NCBI GenBank assembly: GCA_950097015.1
Contig: CATNEN010000011.1
Location: forward strand, 5,952,001 to 6,016,000
Length of the DNA stretch: 64,000 bases
Direction of reading: 5' to 3'
From: Macrostomum hystrix
Lineage: Eukaryota > Animalia > Platyhelminthes
Position numbers and translations under genes: made by a program. A model generated the notes under the pieces. It had not been told where the DNA came from. It ran no database searches and worked only from the letters and a program-made list of their open reading frames with translations. Each line of letters opens with the position of its first letter. Positions within the stretch are counted from its first letter, which is position 1. Shown in pieces: positions 13,447-26,102 of this stretch.

Positions 13447-15057
13447 TCACTCCATATTCAGCACCACCAGTCGACTGTTGAAACTGTCAGCCACCACCAG
13501 CTGCTCGCGCGCGCCTCCCGTCACCACCGCCAGACCAAATGGACCATTGAATCTGCCGTCACCGCTGCCGCTCTCGCCCGGCACCCCCAGAGTCCACAGC
13601 AGCGACCCGTCGTCTGCAGCCACCGCTCGAACTGAGTGAACCCAATATTCATTCACGAACAGGCGGCCTCTCCTGTCCACGGCCACACCCATTGGCACAG
13701 CAAACTCTTCGAGGCCGCAACGCTCAGTCGGGTGCGAGGCGACCACCTGCTGGGTGTAAATGCACACTCTGTGCACGTGATTCTGCTTACAGTCTGTCAC
13801 CAGAATGCAGTTGTCGTGAATCGCCAGGTTGCGCAGTCTAGCATCAGGAAGCTCAGACAGCGTGATGACCGTCTCCATCTCGCCAGTCGCTTTGCTGAAT
13901 GCAACAATTTTGTTGCCACCAGACACAAACACGGAGGCTGCGTTGCCGCCGATTCCCAAGATACGAAAGCCCTCGATTCGTGGTTCGATTCGACGCACCT
14001 TTCGACCGCTCAGGTCCGTCACTGTCACTGCGTCATCTTGAGCAATGAACAGCAGCTGACGGTAGCAGTGAAGACCCCTGATTGCCTTCTTACAGTCGAT
14101 GTCACAGTGGCACCGCAGCTTCTTCGAGCCGTCCACAGACAGCACCTGAATGTGGTCTTTGTGACTCATAAATGAAAATGATGCGAAGATGCAGGGCTGA
14201 GGCAGAGCCTCACCACCGCCATTGGCTGACTCGGCGGCCACCACACGGCCTGAGCGGTCACCAACGAATCCGCTGGTGTCGCTGCACACCGCCAGCCACT
14301 CAACCCAGCCATTCAGCTTCACCTCGTGACTGAACACAATCGGATCGAGCAATGCCTGTCTCGCCATCGCCTTCATTGCATCGTCGATCTCCTCGGGTGT
14401 CGCGCTGACCTCAGCGGCTCTCCAGCCCTCACCAGTCCACACGTTCACACGAGCCAACGCTCTGCCGAACTGCTCCGACACCTGCCCCAGTCGCTCCAGC
14501 TGCTGCTCCGCTCCCAAGCTCTCCTCCAGCGACTTCTGCAGCCGATCAAAGTCCGCCTTCAAGTCATCGAGCGACAACTCCATCGACATCGTCAGCTCGA
14601 CAAGCTTCGACATCTCGCCTGCAGCCTCCGCCATCGACGTCTCCTGCCTGTAGCTTCTCACATCGTCCATGTCCCGCTGCCACACACGCGCTGTCTCAAT
14701 CCGAGCTATCATCGGACCTGTCAGTCGATCTTCACTCGAATCCAGGTATCTCCGCATCGTCTCATACAGCTGCTTCGCCCGTCGCAGCTGCTCCTCCATC
14801 TCGTGAATCCAATCTCCTCCACCACCTGCTGCACTGCCACCTGCAGCTTCGGCTTGTGGGAAGGCACGCAGCTTCTCAGCGACCTTCTCCTTCAGCTTGA
14901 GGGCATCCGCCACATCAACACTCAGGTGTTCCGAGCACAGGTAGCGCTCGGAGAACGGACCCCGGCCGACTGCAGCTTTTTGGCAGACGACGCAGATTGG
15001 GATGGCTTCAGGAGGTCCTTCGGAACTCGAGCTGTCGCTGGAGTCTCCACGCTGCAT
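13447..15057 (-). CDS. Intronless Zn-finger/coiled-coil/NHL beta-propeller protein (TRIM-NHL-like, no RING seen), 536 aa
   Basis: N-terminal CxxC...CxxH (CVVC...CSEH), heptad-rich middle region, and NHL motifs FAVPMGVAVDRRGRLFVNE and FNGPFGLAV...LVVADSFNSRLVV. ATG-to-stop ORF with GC-rich codons. Confidence 0.8.
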   Translation of the reverse strand: MQRGDSSDSSSSEGPPEAIPICVVCQKAAVGRGPFSERYLCSEHLSVDVADALKLKEKVAEKLRAFPQAEAAGGSAAGGGGDWIHEMEEQLRRAKQLYETMRRYLDSSEDRLTGPMIARIETARVWQRDMDDVRSYRQETSMAEAAGEMSKLVELTMSMELSLDDLKADFDRLQKSLEESLGAEQQLERLGQVSEQFGRALARVNVWTGEGWRAAEVSATPEEIDDAMKAMARQALLDPIVFSHEVKLNGWVEWLAVCSDTSGFVGDRSGRVVAAESANGGGEALPQPCIFASFSFMSHKDHIQVLSVDGSKKLRCHCDIDCKKAIRGLHCYRQLLFIAQDDAVTVTDLSGRKVRRIEPRIEGFRILGIGGNAASVFVSGGNKIVAFSKATGEMETVITLSELPDARLRNLAIHDNCILVTDCKQNHVHRVCIYTQQVVASHPTERCGLEEFAVPMGVAVDRRGRLFVNEYWVHSVRAVAADDGSLLWTLGVPGESGSGDGRFNGPFGLAVVTGGAREQLVVADSFNSRLVVLNME

Positions 15058-15469
15058 TTTCAGATTCGAGGTCTGGAAAGAGAGTCGAAAATGAAAGTCT
15101 GGAGTTATTTTTGTATTGTAGCAGTCTTGAGTTTGAAGAGAAAAAGAACTTGTTCTGGCTATTGGCTATGCTTTGAAAGCCTTTTAAACCCTACACAAAC
15201 TTAGTGACTGTGTTTGATGGAGGCGGAACAAGAGCTTATCATTTTCTATTAGGTTCCTTATTCCTAGCTTCGCATATTTCTGTGAAGCTTCAGATAGATA
15301 AAAAAGTACTTAAAAAAAGTAAAAATCAAATCAATTAGTTATGCTTATAAAGAAGCAATAAGCAGGGTAGCACCATTTAACAGGGCACCAAAATAAGCGT
15401 GTGGAATTCATAGGCTAAAATTGTGTTGCCGCAATATTGTAAGATGCAAGATGCAATTTAACACACAGA

Positions 15470-16670
15470 GAAGAGATGAGGCGGGGGAGAGATAAGACAG
15501 GGAAGAAATGAAGAAAGAGGAAAGATGGGACAGACGAGAGATAAGACAGGGAAGGGATGAGACGGGGAGAGATGAGACAGGGAGAGATGAGACAGGGACA
15601 GATGAGACAGGGGAGAGATGAGACAGGGGAGAGATGAGACAGACGAGAGATAAGACAGGGAAGGGATGAGACAGGGGAGAGATGAGACAGGGGAGAGATG
15701 AGACAGGGGAGAGATGAGACAGGGAAGGGATGAGACAGGGGAGAGATGAGACAGGGAAGGGATGAGACAGGGGAGAGATGAGACAGGGGAGAGATGAGAC
15801 AGAGGAGAGATGAGACAGGGGAGAGATGAGACAGGGGAGAGATAAGACAGGGGAGAGATAAGACAGGGAAGGGATAAGACAGGGGAGAGATAAGACAGGG
15901 AAGGGATAAGACAGGGGAGGGATGAGACAGGGGAGAGATGAGACAGGGGAGAGATGAGACAGAGGAGAGATGAGACACAGGAGAAATAAGACAGAGGAGA
16001 GATGAGACAGGGGAGAGATGAGAAAGAGTAGAGATGAGACAGGAGAGAGATAAGACAGGGAAGGGATGAGACAGGGAAGGGATGAGACAGGGAAGGGATG
16101 AGACAGGGGAGAGATGAGACAGGGGAGAGATGAGACAGGGAAGGGATGAGACAGGGGAGAGATGAGACAGGGAAGGGATGAGACAGGGGAGAGATGAGAC
16201 AGGGGAGAGATGAGACAGGGAAGGGATGAGACAGGGGAGAGATGAGACAGGGAAGGGATGAGACAGGGGAGAGATGAGACAGGGGAGGGATGAGACAGGG
16301 GAGAGATGAGACAGGGGAGAGATGAGACAGAGGAGAGATGAGACAGAGGAGAAATAAGACAGAGGAGAGATGAGACAGGGGAGAGATGAGAAAGAGTAGA
16401 GATGAGACAGGAGAGAGATAAGACAGGGAAGGGATGAGACAGGGGAGAGATGAGACAGAGGAGAGATGAGACAGGAAAGGGATGAGACAGGGAAGAGATG
16501 AGACAGGGAAGGGATGAGACAGGGGAGAGATGAGACAGGGAAGGGATGAGACAGGGGAGAGATGAGACAGGGAAGGGATGAGACAGGGGAGAGATGAGAC
16601 AGGGTAGAGATGAGACAGGGGAGAGATTAGACAGGGAAGGGATAAGACTGAGGAGAGATGAGATGAGAGA
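15470..16670. repeat. Purine-rich ~16-bp minisatellite (GAGATGAGACAGGGGA)
   Basis: Direct periodicity. Confidence 0.95.
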
Positions 16671-16875
16671 AAAAATGGCGTCACAGGCCGATATGCATCA
16701 ACAATGCGTCACTTTTGATTTGAGCTGCCGCAAGGAAAAAAATCCAATTTATGATATTTAAATAGGACAATTAGCTCTTGTCGCTGATATGTACCATAAA
16801 AAAATTCTGTTGTCAATAGCCGAGCCGACTGAAAGTCAAACACCGATATGTATCGAAAAAGACGAATCAAGACCC

Positions 16876-18100
16876 CTAGCTAGAGCCGCCAGCCGCATTG
16901 GCTAGCGCCGGAGGTAGCAGCTTCGCCCCGTTGATGCCGTGGACGGAGACCCGGCCAGGCCGCACCATCAGGCCATGCTGCGGCTGGCAGGCAAAGTAGC
17001 GCCGGCCAAGCACCCGGCCGTCGTTGCGGCCCAACGGTTTCCGCAGCTCCACGCCCAGCCAGACGCCGTCGGCAAAGTGGACTCGGCCGACGTAGCGCAC
17101 AATGCCCATCAGGTTGCCGCAGAGAACCTGCATTGTTTGTCCAATTGGCATTCATTCGGTTGACTTAAAAACTCTTTTGCAACGCCCAGTTCCAGATTCG
17201 AACCCAGGACCTTCCGGAGGCAAGTTGTGTGCGTTTTCGCTTCGCCACCTCGGCACAAACTCAGTAGTGTAAGCAGCTGCATTTAACTAGTTAGGGTTGT
17301 AGCCTAGTGGTTAGAGCGTCGGACTCACGACTTGAAGGTCGGGGGTTCGATTCTCGACTCCTCTGGTATAATTTTTGTCCATTAGCAAGGCACTTAACTA
17401 TGCATTGCTTCAGTTCAACCAGCTGTAGAAATGAGTACCAACATCAGCTTTGGTAATTGAGGGTGGGTGTGGCGTCGCTCCCAGTGTAACACACTAAAAG
17501 TGGGGAACGAACCTCGCGCTGGCAGACCGAGACCGGTTTCTGGCTTGTTTGCCTTCGTCAGTCAGCCATAGCCACACGCAGTCCTCTCCCACCACTCTCA
17601 GTGTGCACAGAAGTCTCTTTTAACCTTGCCATTTTTATGGCGATACTTTTTAGTGTTATGTGAGAGTTTTGCAGCCAAGTCTTTGCTTTTCTACTGTTGT
17701 CAGTAGTCTGAATTGTATCTCTCACACCCAGTCCATGGACTGAACAAGGCTTAAGCAGCCTTCAGATGAGCCGCTTCGGCTGTGCTTTCAGCTGCACATC
17801 TGGCCCAATAGGGGCAGGTGAAATCAGTTAATTTTTTTCATTATTAACAGTAGAAAGACCACTTTGGGATATTTCAAATACCCGCTGCCTATTTCACAGT
17901 AGCTCCCAAACCGAATGACCGATTTTCCTGAAAGTCCACCATCTGTCAAAATCAAATTTTCCGCCCTTTACGATGAACTAATTTTCAAAGCTGAAAGCTG
18001 CAGCTGCCAGTCTATTGAAATTAGCGAACAAAAACAGGTGAATTACTTGCAATCCTTCACGAAGCACCAAGGCTTGCTGTTGCTGAGGCGGTGGCTGCTG

Positions 18101-18133
<33 letters not shown>

Positions 18134-21100
18134 ACCGGAAGAACTGGCCTCTGTCTGCCTGCTGGCGCACCTGTGCAGTCGGGCAGCCGAGGCAAAAACT
18201 CCGTGACCCTGCGGGCACTTGAAGTACCTTCTGCCATCCACTGAGCCGTCGTTCCTGCCTACCGGATTGTCCAGTTCAACGCCGTACCAGACGCCAGGCG
18301 CGAAATGGCACTCGCCGGCGAAGCGAACTGTGCCGCGGCGCTGGCCGGCGACAATGACCCGGTCGCCAAGGGCGAAGCTGTGGCGAGTGCGAACCCGAGC
18401 CTCCACGCCGCTGACGTCGATGGCGCCGTGGTGGACGCGGGTCAGACTCGAGATCCGGCTCATCGGTACGAGGACCTTGGTGAGTCAGGAAGCAGGATAT
18501 AAGGATTCCGCGTTTGGTCGAGGTCACACAAAACGAGATTTGGTTATCTACATGGATCGATAAACGAACAAACAAATGATTCGATTAATTATTCCTTTCA
18601 CTCTCTCCCCAACGTACCAGTCATCCGAAGAGACATCAATCAACCTGCCAGTCAGTCAACAAACAGGTCAATCAATCAATCAACCTGTCAATCTATCTGT
18701 CAACCAGATAATAAATCAGCCCTGTCAATCAACCAACCTGCCAATCAATCAACCAGTTAAACATTCGACACATTAATCAATCAACTAGTCAGTAAATGAA
18801 CCTATCAGCTAATCAACCTGTCAAACATTCAACCAGACAACCAACCTGTCATTAAATCAATCAAACCGACAGTCAATCAACACGAGAATCCATCAACGTG
18901 TCAATCCATCTTCATGTCAATCGATAAACCTGTCAGTTCATCAACGTGTCAATCCATCAACCTGTCAATCAATCAACATTTCAATCAACCTGTCAATCAA
19001 TCAACATGTCAATCAATCAACATGTCAATCAAACAAAATGTCAATCCATCAACATGTCGATCCACCAACACTTCGATCAATCAACCTTTCAACCAATCAA
19101 CCTGTCAAGCAATCAACATGTCAAGCAATCAATCTGTCAACCAATCAACCTGTCAATCAACCAACCTGTAAATCCACCAACCTGCCAATCAATCAACCTG
19201 CCGATCAATCAACCTGTCAACCAACGAACCTGTCAATCAATCAACATGTCAATCAATCAACCTGTCAGGCCTCACCCCTCGGCCAGCGGGGCACTGGAAG
19301 TAGCGCACTCCTGACACGCAGCCGTCGTGTCGACCAGCCTGCGGGGTCTCGAGTTCCACTCCCGCCCAGACACCTGGGCCGAATTCCACCGGGCCCCAGT
19401 AGCGAAGGAGACCAGGGCGAGACCCGGCGACAAGGACTCGATCACCCAGCTGAGGCTGCTGCTGCTGCTTATCTAGAGCTTGTCTTTCCGCAGTTTCAAA
19501 TGACTCAGGTTCTTCAAAGGTAGCCGACGCGACCTAGAAATTAATAAGTATTATTTGTTACACACCTGTAAAATGCAATCTCAGATCCATGGGATTCTAG
19601 ACCTAGAACACACTCTCAAATCCATGGGATCCTAGACCTAGAACACACTCTCAGATCCATGGGATCCTAGACCTAGAACACAATCTCAGATCGATGGGAT
19701 CCTAGACCTAGAACACACTCTCAGATCGATGGGATCCTAGACCTAGAACACAATCTCAGATCCATGGGATCCTAGACCTGGAACACAATCTCAGATCCAT
19801 GGGATCCTAGACCTAGAACACACTCTCAGATCCATGGGATCCTAGACCTAGAACACACTCTCAGATCCATGGGATCCTAGACCTAGAACACACTCTCAGA
19901 TCGATGGGATCCTAGACCTAGAACACAATCTCAGATCCATGGGATCCTAGACCTGGAACACAATCTCAGATCCATGGGATCCTAGACCTGGAACACAATC
20001 TCAGATCCATGGGATCCTAGACCTAGAACACACTCTCAGATCCATGGGATCCTAGACCTAGAACACACTCTCAGATCCATGGGATCCTAGACCTAGAACA
20101 CACTCTCAGATCCATGGGATCCTAGACCTGGAACACAATCTCAGATCCATGGGATCCTAGACCTGGAACACAATCTCAGATCCATGGGATCCTAGACCTG
20201 GAACACAATCTCAGATCCATGGGATCCTAGACCTAGAACACACTCTCAGATCCATGGGATCCTAGACCTAGAACACACTCTCAGATCCATGGGATCCTAG
20301 ACCTAGAACACACTCTCAGATCCATGGGATCCTAGACCTAGAACACACTCTCAGATCCATGGGATCCTAGACCTAGAACACACTCTCAGATCCATGGGAT
20401 CCTAGACCTAGAACACACTCTCAGATCCATGGGATCCTAGACCTAGAACACACTCTCAAATCCATGAGATCCTAGACCTAGAACACACTCTCAGATCGAT
20501 GGGATCCTAGACCTAGAACACAATCTCAGATCCATGGCATTCTAGACCTAGAACACAATCTCAGATCCATGGGATCCTAGACCTAGAACACACTCTCAGA
20601 TCCATGGGATCCTAGACCTAGAACACACTCTCAGATCCATGGGATCCTAGACCTAGAACACACTCTCAGATCCATGGGATCCTAGACCTAGAACACACTC
20701 TCAAATCCATGAGATCCTAGACCTAGAACACACTCTCAGATCGATGGGATCCTAGACCTAGAACACAATCTCAGATCCATGGCATTCTAGACCTAGAACA
20801 CAATCTCAGATCCATGGGATCCTAGACCTAGAACACACTCTCAGATCCATGGGATCCTAGATCTCGTAGAACAAATTCTCACATCAAGGGGATTCTTGAC
20901 GAAAAGAACATTCGCTCACCGACACAGCCGACGAGGCAGGCGAAAGCGCAGCCGCCGTGGCTGTTGACGAAGAAGCCGACAGTCGGGGTGGTCGCTCGGG
21001 TTTGGGGCCGGCCAGTAGGCTGAGCATGCGCGCGCGAATCTCTTGATTGTTCCTCACTGACGGTGGCGGCATCTGATGAGGCTGTGCCGAATTCGCAGCC

Positions 21101-23103
21101 GAATCATCAGCGCCGCGTGGCAAGCAGTCGACTGGCCGTCTAAGCAGCTCATCGACAGCTGCCAGAGCCGAAGGTCCTGCCCGGTTAACCAGAAGGCGAG
21201 CGGAGGCCAGGCTGAGCTGGCTGGCTGCCAGGTGAAGGCAGGTTGCGTCATCGAACTCGCCACACCTGAAGTGCATCAAATGACATGACATGTCTAGAAT
21301 TCCCTGGATCTGAGATTGTGTTCTAGGTCTAGGATCCCATGGATCTGAGATTGTGTTCTAGGTCTAGGATCCCATGGATCTGAGATTATGTTCTAGGTCT
21401 AGGATCCCATGGATCTGAGATTGTGTTCTAGGTCTAGGATCCCATGGATCTGAGATTGTGTTCTAGGTCTAGGATCCCATGGAAATTCCTCATCTATTTA
21501 GTAGAGCAAAAAATTACAAACAAACCTGGCCCCAGGGTCAGCCCCGGCGTCAAGCAAGACTTCAACGGCTTCGACGCAGTCAAACATCACCGCCAGGTGA
21601 AGCGGCGTTGCGTCTGTCCATCGGCTTCGCGCATCGGCTTGGGCACCGTCGGCCAGAAGGCGACGAACTGTTGAGGCCGCGGCCGAGGAGTCACCGATTG
21701 CTCCGGCTTTGGCAGCGAAGTGCAGCTGCGTGCAGTCCGTCACCTGCGAATGTTTGGGATAATTATCAAGCCGAGCAATGAGGAAATGAGATCTCACACA
21801 CTGAGGGAAATAGGATCTCAGACACTGAGGGAAATAGGATCTCAGACACTAAGGGAAATGAGATCTCAGACACTAAGGGAAATGGGATCTCACACACTGA
21901 GGGAAATGAGATCTCACACACTGAGGGAAATAGGATCTCAGACACTGAGGGAAATAGGATCTCAGACACTGAGGGAAATAGGATCTCAGACACTAAGGGA
22001 AATGAGATCTCAGACACTAAGGGAAATGGGATCTCACACACTGAGGGAAATGAGATCTCAGACACTGAGGGAAATGAGATCTCAGACACTGAGGGAAATG
22101 GGATCTCACACACTGAGGGAAATGAGATCTCAGCACTGAATGAAATGGGATCTTAGACACTGAGGGAAATGGGATCTTAGACAATGAGGGAAATGGGATC
22201 TCCAGACACTGAGGGAAATGGGATCTTAGACAATGAGGGAAATGGGATCTCCAGACACTGAGGGAAATGGGATCTTAGACAATGAGGGAAATGGGATCTC
22301 CAGACACTGAGGGAAATGAGATCTCAGCACTGAATGAAATGGGATCTTAGACACTGAGGGAAATGGGATCTTAGACAATGAGGGAAATGGGATCTCACAC
22401 ACTGAGGGAAATGAGATCTCAGACACTAAGGGAAATGGGATCTCACACACTGAGGGAAATGAGATCTCAGCACTGAATGAAATGGGATCTTAGACACTGA
22501 GGGAAATGGGATCTTAGACAATGAGGGAAATGGGATCTCCAGACACTGAGGGAAATGGGATCTTAGACAATGAGGGAAATGGGATCTCCAGACACTGAGG
22601 GAAATGGGATCTTAGACAATGAGGGAAATGGGATCTTAGACACTGAGGGAAATGGGATCTTAGACAATGAGGGAAATGGGATCTCCAGACACTGAGGGAA
22701 ATGGGATCTCAGCACTGAATGAAATGGGATCTCAGACACTGAATGAAATTCGATCTTAGACACTGAGGGAAATGGGATCTCAGCACTGAATGAAATGGGA
22801 TCTTAGACACTGAGGGAAATGGGATCTCAGATACTGAATTTCAATCACCTGGTCACGATCATTTGGCCCAACGCCCAGCCCGGCAAGCCGATCGACTAGT
22901 TCAGGCAACAGCAGCTGGGCCGACCTTGTCCACTGGCGCAGCAGGGCAAACAGCTGGCTTGGCGTGGCCGCCTCAAGTTGATTGGCGCAGTCGGCACACG
23001 ACAGGTCGAACAGTTCAGCGCCCAGGGAGCGACAGCGGCCACAGAGTGGCGCCGGGACGCTCTCGAAGATGCGAACTGGGGACTCCTGGCTTTCTGGGCG
23101 AGG
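16876..23103 (-). CDS. CLIP4: Ankyrin-repeat + three CAP-Gly domain protein, CLIP3/CLIP4 family (N-terminal exon not located)
   Basis: Phase-consistent exons 23103-22849, 21743-21526, 21265-20920, 19533-19276, 18475-18047, 17127-16876. LFALLRQW...[20 protein letters not shown]...[13 protein letters not shown] matches the CLIP3/4 N-terminus. CAP-Gly motifs GRHDG, GRNDG and GRNDG. Confidence 0.85.
17183..17254 (-). other. Degenerate tRNA-like Pol III unit (solo SINE head or tRNA pseudogene)
   Basis: A-box-like TGGCGAAGCG, B box GGTTCGAATC, and a T5 run at 17172-17168. The cloverleaf does not pair well. Confidence 0.55.
17294..17610 (+). mobile_element. tRNA-headed SINE with CORE(MIR)-like central domain
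   Basis: A box TAGCCTAGTGG, B box GGTTCGATTC, then TTAGCAAGGCACTTAAC...CAGCTGTAGAAATGAG resembling the CORE consensus (GGCAAGTCACTTAAC...CATCTGTAAAATGGG). The 3' end is approximate. Confidence 0.7.
18630..19265. repeat. Intronic degenerate TCAATCAACCTG-type repeat
   Basis: Direct inspection. Confidence 0.9.
19580..20860 (+). repeat. Intronic 35-bp minisatellite (AGATCCATGGGATCCTAGACCTAGAACACACTCTC), ~36 copies
   Basis: Direct periodicity. Confidence 0.95.
21300..21482 (-). repeat. Same 35-bp minisatellite in inverted orientation, ~5 copies
   Basis: AGATTGTGTTCTAGGTCTAGGATCCCATGGATCTG is the reverse complement of the unit at 19580-20860. Confidence 0.95.
21780..22830. repeat. Intronic 24-bp minisatellite (TGAGGGAAATGGGATCTCAGACAC)
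   Basis: Direct periodicity. Confidence 0.95.
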
Positions 23104-25776
23104 CTGTAAATAAGTTTAAACTATCTAAGACTAGAGACTTAAGACTAGCTACTAAAGTGTAAAAGTATCTACTGAAGTAATATGGTACTTCTGTGCGAAA
23201 AAAGTATACTATTTCAGTTTTTGAGTTACTGAAATAATTAGGTTACTTCATATCATTTGAGAGAAATGTTATAAAATGAATATATAAGAATTGTTTCTTA
23301 GCCACAAGCCCTTATTTTAGATCTGCGTATAGCTAGTCTATGTTGACATAGGGGCCTATCAAATAATATTATGATAATATTGCTTTTATACTTCTTAGGT
23401 TAGGATATGTTAACCCATTAATTTTTTTCACCTACACTTTTGGCTAGGCCAGTGGCACTATTAACTGGGTTTGATACTGCTAGGCCTACTAAATTAATAA
23501 AAAAAGTGGGCATCTTGCCTGAAAGCTAGAACTTGCCATATAGCCACTCGAAGTGATTTTCTCGAAAATTTTCTCTATTCCTAGCTACATAATAGAAATA
23601 AAAAACAGAATATATTGCTTCGCCTTTTTTACTAACTTTTACACCTGTGACTGACTGATCAATACGTGTATATAAATAGAACCATTATACGTAACAAAAA
23701 ATTCGATGACTGTATGTAATCCAAAAGGCGAAAATGCAGAGCAGTGGGAAAACAAAGAACCAAACTCGAAAAACTAAGAAACAGTTTTCAGTTTTATAAC
23801 CAACTTTTTTGTTTAGAAGGGTAATTTAAACCAAAATGATAAGTCAAAACTTTGCAAGCAAGCAATACACCGTCACATTAATAAAAAGTTAAACACATAT
23901 TGCACTACAAAAATAATAAATAAATGAAAATTTTCTAAATGGAATAGCTGGTAATGAAACATATAGGCTTATCCAATAAAAAAAACTGCGTTAATTTGTA
24001 CTGGTACAAAGCCCGGCGGTTTTGTACTAGAAATAAATAAATAAATAATTTGGTTCTCGTAAGCAAAAGCCAACGTTTTACAGTAATGAGCTACAGAGTC
24101 ACAGACTGGATGTGTAACTTGTTAATTTTAACATTTGTTGAATATGCGACGGTTATCTATCATGCCACGCCGAAATCTCCTGTAGGCCTATTTCATAATC
24201 ATCCTGTAGGCCTATAGTTATTTTATCACAACCTCTATCTAAAATATTTTAAAGCCAAGCATGATGCCTTTTTTTCTAAAGTAATTTGGCCTATCTCGAA
24301 GCACTGTCAAAGGACTGTTTCTTTAAGTTGCTTAGCTAAATATTTTTTTGCTGATTAAAATATTGTGCAAGTCTGTTCTATGTTCACTAGTTTAGCTCTT
24401 TGTCCATAGGCCCTAGGCCCCTAGGCTTGTTTTCTCATAGCTAGGCCTAGTAGCTAATAATAGGCCCTAATAAAAATAATAATAATGGGCCTTATAATAA
24501 TAATTTGGATTCATATTTGATAATAATAAATAATATACAAAACCTGCCCCCTATCCAGCCAGATCTGTAGTCCATAATACAGCTAGCTACACATATTGTG
24601 TCTAGGCATTCTTTTTAAATTGTTTGTCAAACAGTTTTTCTGAAAAGTTTCATTTCCAATCAATGCAAAACATTGGGAAATCATTTTGAAACAATGGGAA
24701 ACAAATATACAATCAGAAATAATCATATGATGAGTGTCAAATGTAGTATACAAATTCTGTAGGATCAAGTGTCAAAATTCAGCAAGGGTAATAATAAAGG
24801 AGTTTTAATCCACAATAAATGATGAGTGCTAGGCCCTACTAGGCATTGATTATGTGTTTGTTAACAGTGAAAATTAGTAGAGCATGTTAGCAGAATGCAG
24901 AAAATGTGCTAATACTTCCCCTGCCACTAACCTGCTCATCCCTTTTGGCCATAGACACTCCTAAGTATGTCAACCATTTTGCTTTTATCTCCCCCCTGCA
25001 CTGAACATTTGCCACAGACAAGTTCCCTAGAACCCAGAAGCAGCCCGAGTTCATTAGTTGCAAAAAGCAACCGTAACAATCAAAATTCCAAGTCGTGATA
25101 TTGATTGGAAATGAACCTTTTCAGAAAAACAGTTTAACAAATGATTCAAAAAGAATGCAGAGGCCTATGTCTGTGTGGATTCCAGTTCTTTCGTCTGCCG
25201 CCAGTTCGTCTGCTCAGTAGACGAAAAAGCAAACAAGTTCGTCTGCTGGCCATTCTATGGCATATACAAGTATAAGCCCTGCCATGTAGTTTGTGTGTGT
25301 GTATAGGGGTGTGTTTGTTGCAAGGAACACTGAATTCGAATAGAAGCATCTTCTATAGATGCTATGAAGTCCTTGGTTTTGTTGGCACCAAAACCTCCGG
25401 GTTTCATGGAGTGTTGGGGTAGGGCTCACAGGAATCCCCAATTGAGACAAGAGCTGTTCTCACTTACTTCTCTCATTTTCATATTAAAAATTTGTAGCAA
25501 ATTTGCAGCATTACTTTTAGTAGAAAACGCAAGTTTTTTATTCTATTGTTTTACTAAATTGAAATGCAATAAAATACTTGGTCAGAATAAAAATCGAATC
25601 ACAGGAATCTCTAGAACTTAATCTGTCTCTTTGTCTAGAACCACTTTCTCTCCCATTCTCTTTCCCCTTCTACACTCCCTTTCTCTCCCTACCTGTAAAG
25701 TAATGACTAAGCAAGTTATTGTAGAGCTCGTCTACTTAGTCCTATTTTTTTCTACGCCAATATCAGTTTTCACTAA

Positions 25777-26102
25777 TGTTTCGTTCTAACTTCGGATTAT
25801 AACATGCAAAAAGTGAGCATGTACATCGGTTTATAACATGTTAGATGTTGTGTTAATGCCTACTTTAACCTTGAAGTAATCCTAATAGAAAGCCCCTTAC
25901 TAGCAGTGTAGCAATAAGAAAAATGTCTACTTTTTAACTAGCTAGCTATTAATAATCGTTAATATTAACGATTTATATAGCTCGCTAGGTATATAAATAT
26001 AATTTCTTGTTATTTCTTTATTTTGCACGCAACATCTAACATGTTATAGATCGATGCAAATGCGTCCTTTTGCATGTTATATCGCGATGTTAGAACGAAA
26101 CA
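25777..26102. repeat. Internal ~85-bp inverted repeat pair (MITE-like) inside the MULE
   Basis: TGTTTCGTTCTAAC...TATAACATGC...TATAACATGTTAGATGTTG at ~25777-25855 and its reverse complement at ~26025-26102. Confidence 0.75.

Noticed and set aside
17294-17365. Possible functional tRNA-Val(CAC)
   Set aside because: Acceptor and anticodon stems pair poorly and the sequence runs straight into a CORE-like domain, so it is a SINE head.
23519-23539. Candidate first coding mini-exon of the CLIP gene (MASSSFQ, phase 0)
   Set aside because: It needs a non-canonical GC donor and has no homology support, so it cannot be distinguished from chance.
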